IMG/VR virus record: IMGVR_UViG_3300037067_009025
Coordinates: 21,950-85,949 of that record
Length of the DNA: 64,000 nucleotides
Strand: one strand, 5' to 3'
From: a virus
Taxonomy: Duplodnaviria > Caudoviricetes
How positions within the stretch are numbered: position 1 is the stretch's first letter; every line of letters starts with the position of its first letter. A program made the translations under genes and the position numbers. The notes beneath the pieces are model-generated. The model saw only the letters and a list, made by a program, of their open reading frames with translations. It made no database searches and was not told the origin of the DNA. Positions 46,739-54,547 of this stretch are shown here, in pieces.

Positions 46739-46758
46739 TATATTAGAGGTTAAAGAAC

Positions 46759-47124
46759 ATGATAGATATTCTTCAAAACTCATTAGGCGTGGCATTCTTG
46801 ATTACCAGCGTGTTTGACGCAATCAAGTATCATTGGAATGCCGTAAAAATTCGTTCCCTCAAGACGGCCCGAGGTCACTCTCGGAAGTTTATCAATGTTG
46901 CCATCTTGAATGATGTGGTGCGGATGGCTTATGGGTTCTCAGTTGCGGATTGGTATATTGTGGTAAGCAGTTTGCTGGCCATGATTTTTATGGGTGAATT
47001 ATTTCTGATGATTTATCTGCACTATCCATACCGATACCGAAATTTAAAAGGGTTCAAAAGACCTAACATTGTCAAGTATCTTTGGAATAGCATATTGCCC
47101 AATCGCTGGGCAGGGAGAATTTAA
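46759..47124 (+). CDS. PQ-loop/SemiSWEET-like 3-TM membrane protein
   Basis: Three TM segments; KIRSLKTARGHS...AYG...DW.IV pattern; lacks the literal PQ. Confidence 0.5.
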   Translation: MIDILQNSLGVAFLITSVFDAIKYHWNAVKIRSLKTARGHSRKFINVAILNDVVRMAYGFSVADWYIVVSSLLAMIFMGELFLMIYLHYPYRYRNLKGFKRPNIVKYLWNSILPNRWAGRI

Positions 47125-47804
47125 TGAAGACTGTTAAGAAAAATAAACCAACAGATTTGCAGGATTATATTGCAGCCAATTATAATGTTGGTCTGCGTCA
47201 TTATAAAAAGACCTTTCTGACTGATAGGACTGATTCCGTAGAAGTCTTTTATCTGTTTGTTTTTTGTCTTTTGGTTCCTGGTGGTCGTGCTACAAGGACA
47301 AAAGAAGCGGTTGTTATGCTGAGACATGGCATGGATTATCTGAATCGGGATTATACTCGTAAAGAACTTTTAGAAACCATTCACGGCTATGTCAGATTCC
47401 CAAGTCAGAAGGTTGACCGTCTTATTGAATTCAAAATCATGTGGCCCGTATTCAGCAAATGGCTTTTCCAGGCAATGGAATATAAACTCTCCGCTGTCAA
47501 AGTAAGAGAAAACATTGTCAACAATATTCAGGGATTTGGATACAAAGCTGCCAGTCATGCACTTCGGAATTTAGGATATACCAATTTGGCTGTGATAGAT
47601 ACGCATATCTTGAAGTATGCCAAACAGTGGCTACCATTCGCTGGTGAGGCTGTCTCCTATCCTGGTAGCAAGAAAAGATACCTCTACATGGAAGATTGTT
47701 TCCGTAGATGGTCACAAACTCGATTTGGACTTGACCCCTGTATTCTGGACTGGTTTATTTGGTGCAAAGAGTCTGGGAATGCAGTTACAGCACTGGACTG
47801 TTAA
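47124..47804 (+). CDS. ogg: 8-oxoguanine DNA glycosylase/AP lyase (archaeal/Thermotoga OGG type)
   Basis: RENIV..IQGFGYKAASHALRNLG..LAVIDTHIL HhH motif; LDWFIW. Confidence 0.8.
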   Translation: MKTVKKNKPTDLQDYIAANYNVGLRHYKKTFLTDRTDSVEVFYLFVFCLLVPGGRATRTKEAVVMLRHGMDYLNRDYTRKELLETIHGYVRFPSQKVDRLIEFKIMWPVFSKWLFQAMEYKLSAVKVRENIVNNIQGFGYKAASHALRNLGYTNLAVIDTHILKYAKQWLPFAGEAVSYPGSKKRYLYMEDCFRRWSQTRFGLDPCILDWFIWCKESGNAVTALDC

Positions 47805-48218
47805 ATGGACTGTTCTTTGAAAGTATATGAAGTCTTTTACGGGCCCAATCCAATTGGCATTATGCAGAGCTTTGAAATGAATAATGAGACTGCACCAATT
47901 TATCAAATTGGAAATACTCAGCCGATTGTAGCTGAGGTGGAAGCACCAACTTTAAAGATGCGAATGTTGATGACACGTGACCAGAAAGTAATGTTCGCTG
48001 TCATGTATCGCTTAATGGGTAAGGTAGACTTCTCGATGGAGGTTTATGGTCAAGGTAGATATACGATTAACGGAAGACTGGATATTTCCCGAGAACTTCT
48101 TAAAGAATTTGCAGAAAGAAAACACAGTGATAATGAGGTGGAATTTATAGTAGAGAATGCCTCCTTAGAACTGATAAAGGAGAAAAAGCATGGAAAATCA
48201 AAAGCCAGAATTTATTGA
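47805..48218 (+). CDS. Hypothetical protein
   Basis: 137 aa ORF abutting the upstream stop. Confidence 0.5.
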   Translation: MDCSLKVYEVFYGPNPIGIMQSFEMNNETAPIYQIGNTQPIVAEVEAPTLKMRMLMTRDQKVMFAVMYRLMGKVDFSMEVYGQGRYTINGRLDISRELLKEFAERKHSDNEVEFIVENASLELIKEKKHGKSKARIY

Positions 48219-48396
48219 GAACTCCAAGAAGCAGGAACCTTGTAAGCGTTGTGAAGGTAAAGGCAAAGAACCTGGCACCAGCGCAGTCTGTAGAGTATGT
48301 GGGGGCTCGGGAGTCTTCAAAGATTCCAGTTATATCATGGTCGTTGAGACGGCTGAGGGTAAGATTGGATTTGATGTTGACAACCCTGGAAAATAA
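48190..48396 (+). CDS. Small DnaJ-type Zn-finger protein
   Basis: CKRCEGKG and CRVCGGSG. Confidence 0.6.
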   Translation: MENQKPEFIENSKKQEPCKRCEGKGKEPGTSAVCRVCGGSGVFKDSSYIMVVETAEGKIGFDVDNPGK

Positions 48397-48581
48397 TGGT
48401 CTACAAGTGTTATTCCTGCGATTTTGAAGTAGAATCAGACCACTTCTGTGCCTGTCCTCGATGTGGCTGGACGATGCACCCGAAAACAGACAATAAAGAA
48501 TTGGAGCAGGAATATCGAGATACAATAAAAGAAGTGATTCGATTACAGAGCTTCTCTAAATATGTTTGGAGGTCAAAATGA
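48396..48581 (+). CDS. Small Zn-ribbon protein
   Basis: CYSC...CPRC. Confidence 0.5.
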   Translation: MVYKCYSCDFEVESDHFCACPRCGWTMHPKTDNKELEQEYRDTIKEVIRLQSFSKYVWRSK

Positions 48582-49004
48582 TAAAGGTGTGGGTTGATGG
48601 TTCTTGTAGAGACAACGGTGGGAAAAACGCCTTAGCGGGGATTGGGATGGTGGCCCGTAGGGATGACAAAAATTTATTCAGTATCGGGCGCATAGTCAAG
48701 GGTGGAACCAATAATGTGGCCGAATATTACGCCGTGATTCATGTCTTGAGAGAACTTCGTCCATACAACCGAGAAGATATTGTGATTTACTCGGACAGCA
48801 GTTTGGTTGTGAATCAAGTTAATGGTAGCTGGCAAATTAAGAACGACGAGTTGAGAAAGCTCCGTGATTCAGTGCAGATTTTAATCAATAAGACCCCCGT
48901 TTAGGAATGTCAAGTTCCAATGGATTCCTCGGGAGAAAAATAAAGAAGCCAACAAGATTGCTCAGGCAATCACTAATGAAAAAAGGGGTGAGTCGAATGT
49001 CTAA
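48578..49004 (+). pseudogene. rnhA: RNase HI split by an apparent +1 frameshift (pseudogene, recoding or sequence error)
   Basis: DGS, TNNVAEY, SDSSLVVNQ in one frame (stop 48904); canonical C-terminus VKFQWIPREKNKEANKIAQ in the +1 frame; C5 run at 48894-48898. Confidence 0.75.
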
Positions 49005-50124
49005 TTATACCTGGACAGATGATAAAAAAGAATTGCTGAAAACGTTCATCGAGAATTCTTCGTTGAGCTATGCGAATATCGCCAAGAAGATGAAAACTAC
49101 GGAGGCCACTATTGAACATGCCATCCGTCGCTATGGCTATACTCGCACAGAGAACCATGATATGATTATGGATGGTTCTAAGAAGCTCACGAGAAATGAC
49201 ATCAATGAATTGGCGGGTGAACTCGGCAAACGTCTCTATGATGGTTTCCAGCCTATAGCTTTTAGTGAACCAAAAGCTGTAAAGGGTGCTGGTAAGCGGG
49301 AAGAAATCTCCGTCCTTGACATCTCTGACGTTCACGTAGGGATGATTAACCATATCTACGATGAAAAATTGGGGAGGAAGATTGTCACGTATAACCATGA
49401 AATCTTCTTACAGGAACTTGATACCCTTTATAAGAGCATCAAAGAAATCCATGATATTCTTTCCCCAACATATCGTCTGAGAAAATTGGTCATCTTTGTT
49501 CTCGGGGATGTCGTGACTAATGACCGTATTTTTCCTGAGCAGGTCTTTGAAATTGAAAAATGTGTCGGCCTGCAAATGTGGGATTCAATTGGAATTTTCA
49601 GCCAGTTCTTCAAGCAATTGCTCTCTGTATATGAGGAAATTGAAATCGTTTGCGTCGTAGGTAATCATGGACGGTCAAATCCTTCTCATTACAATGAGCC
49701 TATTCAGAACAATTTCGAGTATCATATTTATCGGTGCTGGCAGAAACAGTTCGAGAATAGCAAGCGGGTGAAAGTTATTGTTCCTGATACTGGCCGTTAT
49801 ATTCATAAGGTTGGGCCCTGGCGTCATTTGATTGAACACGGGCACAATCTCCGTGGGTATACTCCAAACGCCATTCAGCAACAGGTAAAGGATATGTGCG
49901 TCAACGTGGGTAATTTTGATGTTTTCCACTTTGGGCATATCCATGAATTAGCCGAGAAACGAGTCTCAGATAAAGTCCTCGTGAAACAAAATGGCTGTTG
50001 GATTTATAAAGACGAATACGCCTGGACGAAGTTCAAGAATTATTCCATTCCTGAACAGCATTTCTTTGGTTGCAATGAGAAGCGCAAGGAGACCTGGGCG
50101 TTCAAGCTCGATTTGAGGGCATAA
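48997..50124 (+). CDS. HTH plus calcineurin-like metallophosphoesterase
   Basis: N-terminal SYANIAKKM HTH; ISDVHVG, LGDVV, GNHG, EHGH, GHIH; start reassigned to MSNYTW. Confidence 0.75.
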   Translation: MSNYTWTDDKKELLKTFIENSSLSYANIAKKMKTTEATIEHAIRRYGYTRTENHDMIMDGSKKLTRNDINELAGELGKRLYDGFQPIAFSEPKAVKGAGKREEISVLDISDVHVGMINHIYDEKLGRKIVTYNHEIFLQELDTLYKSIKEIHDILSPTYRLRKLVIFVLGDVVTNDRIFPEQVFEIEKCVGLQMWDSIGIFSQFFKQLLSVYEEIEIVCVVGNHGRSNPSHYNEPIQNNFEYHIYRCWQKQFENSKRVKVIVPDTGRYIHKVGPWRHLIEHGHNLRGYTPNAIQQQVKDMCVNVGNFDVFHFGHIHELAEKRVSDKVLVKQNGCWIYKDEYAWTKFKNYSIPEQHFFGCNEKRKETWAFKLDLRA

Positions 50125-50606
50125 TGCAATTTGTGATTTTAAGCCAAGACCAAGTAGAAGAATACGTCTACGAGGAGCCACATGTGAATATTTCGATTCA
50201 CAGTCCTCGGGAAGCAGAAGCTAAATTATCCGAATTAGCAACTGGGCGTAAGGCATCTTTGTTCCTTGAATTCCATGATTGTGATGACGTGACTTTAAAC
50301 GGTGCTAAGATTTCTGATATAACAGGCACCAAAGCTCTGGGAACCATCCAGTGTATCACACCAGAACATGCCAAACAAATTCTGGATTTCTTCAACACAT
50401 GGAAAGATAAGGTGGACTTGGTGGTTGTAAATTGTCTGGCTGGGATAAGCCGTTCTTCAGGCACGGCTGCTGCTCTGACAGTGGTTTCTGGTGGGTCTGA
50501 TGAATGGATATTTAAGAGCAAAAAGTATCATCCCAATATGTTAGTTTACAGGACAATTTTGAATGAGGCTTTCGGTTATGGGAAAGAAGATTCCAAAAGT
50601 TCCTGA
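50124..50606 (+). CDS. Protein tyrosine/dual-specificity phosphatase-like protein
   Basis: CX5R P-loop VNCLAGISRS; FHD acid loop; HPN. Confidence 0.8.
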   Translation: MQFVILSQDQVEEYVYEEPHVNISIHSPREAEAKLSELATGRKASLFLEFHDCDDVTLNGAKISDITGTKALGTIQCITPEHAKQILDFFNTWKDKVDLVVVNCLAGISRSSGTAAALTVVSGGSDEWIFKSKKYHPNMLVYRTILNEAFGYGKEDSKSS

Positions 50607-50747
50607 TAAGATTGATGTCAATGAGCTTCGATTGAAGCAGCGCAGAGGTTGGGAAATCAACCCTAAAACTCGAATCGTGGAGTCTAAAAAACTCTACAAG
50701 CGCAGCAAGGCCAAACAGAAATTTATTAAAGATTTACGTGAAACCTA

Positions 50748-50776
50748 TTGACAACGCTTAGAATTTGTGGTATACT
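50748..50776 (+). promoter_or_regulatory. Sigma70-type promoter (TTGACAACG class)
   Basis: TTGACA-17-TATACT with TGn. Confidence 0.8.
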
Positions 50777-50919
50777 TATATGAGAAAGCTGGCGAGTTTT
50801 CTTTTAATGTTTGTAGGGTCTTTAATCGTCACGCCATTGTTTATCATCGGCGTAACTGTTGTCATTATATTCTCTATCGGACTTATGATACTCAAAGCAG
50901 GTCTTGATTTAGGAGTCAA

Positions 50920-52311
50920 ATGAAAATCGAATTCCTCGACAATCATCCCGTGGTTCACGAAGTTCGTCAGGTCTTGGCTGATGTCTACATTCAATTTGGA
51001 TGTGGCCCGCAGGATGCCTGGGTTGTGGGTGGAGCCGTAAGAAATTGTCTTATGGGTCTTCCTATTAAAGACCTGGACTTCGCTACGAATGCCCATCCTG
51101 ACCTGGTTCAGAAGCTCTTTGAATCCGCTGGGTATAAGCCAATTCTCACTGGCAAATCATTTGGGACAATTCGTGTAATCGTCCAGGGTATGGAAGTGGA
51201 AATCACGACTTATCGAGAGCAGGAAAACTATAATAAGGGAAGTCGAAAACCGTCTGTGGTTTTTGGCACCACGATTCAGGGAGACTTGGCACGCAGAGAC
51301 TTTACCCTTAATGCTATGGCTTACAGCCCGCTTCGGGGCCTCTGTGACCCATTTAATGGCCAAGAAGCTCTTTCCAAAGGCCGTTTAATAACACCGCTTG
51401 ACCCAAAACAGACCTTTTCGGATGACCCGCTGAGAATGCTTAGAGCCTTGCGATTTCAGGCCACTTATGGCTTCACAATGACCGAAGATGTCTTTAATGC
51501 AATTCGGGAGAATGCCCATAGAATGCTTTATCTGTCCGCCGAAAGAATCAAGCAAGAAATGGATAAGCTATTGGTGGGCCCTAATGTTGCTGAAGCTATT
51601 AGAGGTTTGGTGGCCACTCGTATAGCGAATTTCATTTTACCAGAATTGCTCCCTACTGTGGGGATGAAACAAAATGAACAGTATCATCATAAGAATGTTT
51701 TTGAACACACGCTTTCCGTGGTGGAAAGTTGTCCTGCTACTCCTTTAATGCGCTGGGCTGGTCTTCTCCATGATATTGGTAAGCCCGCAACCTGGCAGAT
51801 TACCGAGACTGGAATTCATTTTTACAACCACGAAGACCTGGGGGCCAAGATGGCTGAGGAGATTGCTTACCGTTTCAGATTTAGCACCACAGAGCGTGAA
51901 ATGTTAAAGAGTCTGGTCAAGTATCACATGAGACCAAATCTTTACCGCTCTGAATGGAAAGACGAATCTGTGCGCCGTTTGAAACGTGAATGTGAGCCGT
52001 TCCTTACTGAATTACTGGATTTGTCTAAGGCGGATATTACTTCGATGAATCCAGTAAAGGTTGAAAAGGCTCTTGGAAAACTTCAGGAATTGAAAGAGCG
52101 TCTTGAAAAGGAACCAGAACCCCTAAAAAAGTGTCCATTATCTGGTAACGAAATTATGGTGCGCTTTGGTATTCCTCAAGGCCCCTTAGTCGGAATGGTT
52201 CAGAGTTATCTGATGAAGAAAATTGAATCTGGCGTCAGCAAGGATGATACAGAAAAACTTTGGGAACTGGCACAGAGAAAAGTGGAGGAACTCACGAATG
52301 AATCCCGTTAA
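50920..52311 (+). CDS. cca: CCA tRNA nucleotidyltransferase with HD domain
   Basis: VVGGAVRN, DLDFAT, RRDFTLNA, DDPLRMLRA.RF, LLHDIGKP, H..LGA. Confidence 0.88.
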   Translation: MKIEFLDNHPVVHEVRQVLADVYIQFGCGPQDAWVVGGAVRNCLMGLPIKDLDFATNAHPDLVQKLFESAGYKPILTGKSFGTIRVIVQGMEVEITTYREQENYNKGSRKPSVVFGTTIQGDLARRDFTLNAMAYSPLRGLCDPFNGQEALSKGRLITPLDPKQTFSDDPLRMLRALRFQATYGFTMTEDVFNAIRENAHRMLYLSAERIKQEMDKLLVGPNVAEAIRGLVATRIANFILPELLPTVGMKQNEQYHHKNVFEHTLSVVESCPATPLMRWAGLLHDIGKPATWQITETGIHFYNHEDLGAKMAEEIAYRFRFSTTEREMLKSLVKYHMRPNLYRSEWKDESVRRLKRECEPFLTELLDLSKADITSMNPVKVEKALGKLQELKERLEKEPEPLKKCPLSGNEIMVRFGIPQGPLVGMVQSYLMKKIESGVSKDDTEKLWELAQRKVEELTNESR

Positions 52312-53080
52312 AGACTGGAAAAGCATCATTGAATACACCAACCTCAAATCGCCAAGCTCAAAGGAAATTAGAACTTTCGTTGAGACAGCGAACAAAGAGA
52401 AATATTATGGTGTATGTATGCAGTATGGAGATTTGGGAGTCGCTGCGAAATATCGCAGTCCTGACCTCAAGTTAATTACTGTAGCGGGTTTTCCCCCATT
52501 TGCAGCCTGGCCTCATTTCAAAAATGAGCGTAGAGACCCGAGAATGTCGTTATATCTTGGACTCTATGGAAGCCGAGAAATTGACTCTGTGAAAGGTATG
52601 ATTGATGACCCACATGTTGATGAACTCGACCTTGTATTTCCGATGCTCTGGTATGCCAGAGGCGAACTTGGTCGCATCTATAAATTCTTTAAAGGCGTTA
52701 AACAACGCTTTAAGAAACCTGTAAAGGTAATTACGGAATTGGGGACTATTTTTAGAAATCGTATTAACCTCTTTGAAATCGCCGACCTTATTGAACAGTC
52801 TGGTGTGGATTTCTTCAAAACAAACACAGGACTTATCCCTGGCAACTTTAACTTAATGGCTGCGGGGATTCAAGAGGTCAGAGATTTGAAGCCTAATATG
52901 CGATTCAAGGCTTCAGGTGGCATCCGAACGCTCAGTCAGGTTCGATTCTTGATGAGTTTGGGTGTAGAAAGAATCGGCACAAGCAACATTACCGATGACA
53001 CTGTTCAACTCAAAGCCCAAGATGATAAACTCATCCTCGGTAAAGAAGGAGTAAATAAAGATGAAAGCCCCAGTTATTAA
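52298..53080 (+). CDS. deoC: Deoxyribose-phosphate aldolase-like protein
   Basis: KVITELG, DFFKTNTG, KASGGIRT, RIGTS; start reassigned to MNPVKDW. Confidence 0.75.
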   Translation: MNPVKDWKSIIEYTNLKSPSSKEIRTFVETANKEKYYGVCMQYGDLGVAAKYRSPDLKLITVAGFPPFAAWPHFKNERRDPRMSLYLGLYGSREIDSVKGMIDDPHVDELDLVFPMLWYARGELGRIYKFFKGVKQRFKKPVKVITELGTIFRNRINLFEIADLIEQSGVDFFKTNTGLIPGNFNLMAAGIQEVRDLKPNMRFKASGGIRTLSQVRFLMSLGVERIGTSNITDDTVQLKAQDDKLILGKEGVNKDESPSY

Positions 53081-53369
53081 AGGGATGTCCGAAAATCTGA
53101 GTAAGGGTATGACATGGTTGGCAAAAACTTTCGCCGAAACACTCCATGACCCCGCTCAGGATGAAAATGATATTTATCAAGACCTCTGGGTGGTCTACCT
53201 GGAAAAGCAAAAAGAAATCAATAGCCGACCACTTAAAAAGAGCTATGAGAATAAAGACAGCCTATGGTTTATGATTTTCAAAAACTATCTGGTTGATAGG
53301 GCCCGTCGTTCCAAACTGGAACCGAATTCTTTAAAGATGGCATTGGATAAAAATCCTTACGAAAGTTAA
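53061..53369 (+). CDS. Sigma factor region-2-like protein
   Basis: ENDIYQDLWVVY...WFMIFKNYLVDRARR resembles ECF region 2. Confidence 0.5.
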   Translation: MKAPVIKGMSENLSKGMTWLAKTFAETLHDPAQDENDIYQDLWVVYLEKQKEINSRPLKKSYENKDSLWFMIFKNYLVDRARRSKLEPNSLKMALDKNPYES

Positions 53370-53374
53370 ATCTA

Positions 53375-53746
53375 ATGGCAACAAAACAAAACAAAAAAAC
53401 TTGGGCTTCTACTAAGAGGATTCTCCTTGATGTTCAACTGCCTGAATATGTCAGTAAGTTTCTTACGGATAAAGAGGCAGCCCTACTCAAGTATATCTTA
53501 GCAGAAATGGATATTCGAGAACTACGGAAAGTTTACAAATGCAAGCCCAATCAGTTGCAGTTAGAGATTGTCATGGACATCTTGGCTTTAGGTCACAGGC
53601 TGGCTGAAATCGCTATCTTAGAAAACAAAATTTTAATTGATTGGAATAAGACCAATAAACCAGGATATTTAGAAGGATTTTTAGACTGCAAAAACCAAGT
53701 CAAAGGAGTGATTCATAATGGACTCAGAAAAAAATCAGGGCGGTAG
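53375..53746 (+). CDS. Hypothetical protein, possible sigma region-4-like HTH
   Basis: LTDKEAALLKYILAEMDIRELRKVY resembles LT.RE..L....G.S..EIA. Confidence 0.35.
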   Translation: MATKQNKKTWASTKRILLDVQLPEYVSKFLTDKEAALLKYILAEMDIRELRKVYKCKPNQLQLEIVMDILALGHRLAEIAILENKILIDWNKTNKPGYLEGFLDCKNQVKGVIHNGLRKKSGR

Positions 53747-54545
53747 ACCCAGCAACGAAGAGGTCTCGGGTCGTCGTGACAAGATTAAAGAAATGCTGTT
53801 GCAGGGTATCTCAATTCGGGATATGGCCAATGCCCTCGGTGTGAGCGTGAACACCGTGCAAGCAGATATTATTTACTGGACAGATTATTTTCGACAATTG
53901 GGTATGAATCATCCTGAAGTTGTTAGACTTCAAATGGCCAAAGTCCAGGAAGTTCTCAGCGAAATTGATATGGTGAAACGTCAATATTGGTCTGCCTACA
54001 ACAAACTTCTGGAAGAGCAAAAAGAGCAGGAAGATATTAAGAAGAAATGGCGAACCGAGTTTGACCAGATGAAAATGGATTACCAAACCGCCGTAGAGAA
54101 CAAGAATCGTGAAGAAATGCGTCGTTTGGCGAAACTCATTAAAGAAACGGCCAGGGCTCCGAGATTGCCTTCTCTGCATAGGGCACAGTTGGACAATCTG
54201 AAACTTATCATGGACAGGATTGATAAAGAGGCCAAGTTATTGAATCTCTTCAATCCTGGGGCCAATCAAGTGAAGATGAACACTATCTCTTTGGAGACCT
54301 TGAAGGCTGTAATGATGGTTTTTAAAAATATCATTATTGACCTTGTGCCCGAAGACCAAAGACGCTATGCTTTTGAACGTCTGCGCCGAGTAAAGATTGA
54401 GGAATTGAAACCTTCGGATATTACAGATGCCGAGATTGTGGAACCAAAGCCAGCGGGGTTGACTCGAATTGACCCGCCAACAGATTCTCCCGTTCCTGAA
54501 AAAGAAGGGGATAATGATACAGGCTTAGAAGACTTGGATATTTAA
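53718..54545 (+). CDS. Putative terminase small subunit
   Basis: N-terminal HTH (GISIRDMANALGVSVNTVQAD), coiled coil, directly upstream of TerL. Confidence 0.6.
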   Translation: MDSEKNQGGRPSNEEVSGRRDKIKEMLLQGISIRDMANALGVSVNTVQADIIYWTDYFRQLGMNHPEVVRLQMAKVQEVLSEIDMVKRQYWSAYNKLLEEQKEQEDIKKKWRTEFDQMKMDYQTAVENKNREEMRRLAKLIKETARAPRLPSLHRAQLDNLKLIMDRIDKEAKLLNLFNPGANQVKMNTISLETLKAVMMVFKNIIIDLVPEDQRRYAFERLRRVKIEELKPSDITDAEIVEPKPAGLTRIDPPTDSPVPEKEGDNDTGLEDLDI

Positions 54546-54547
54546 CT

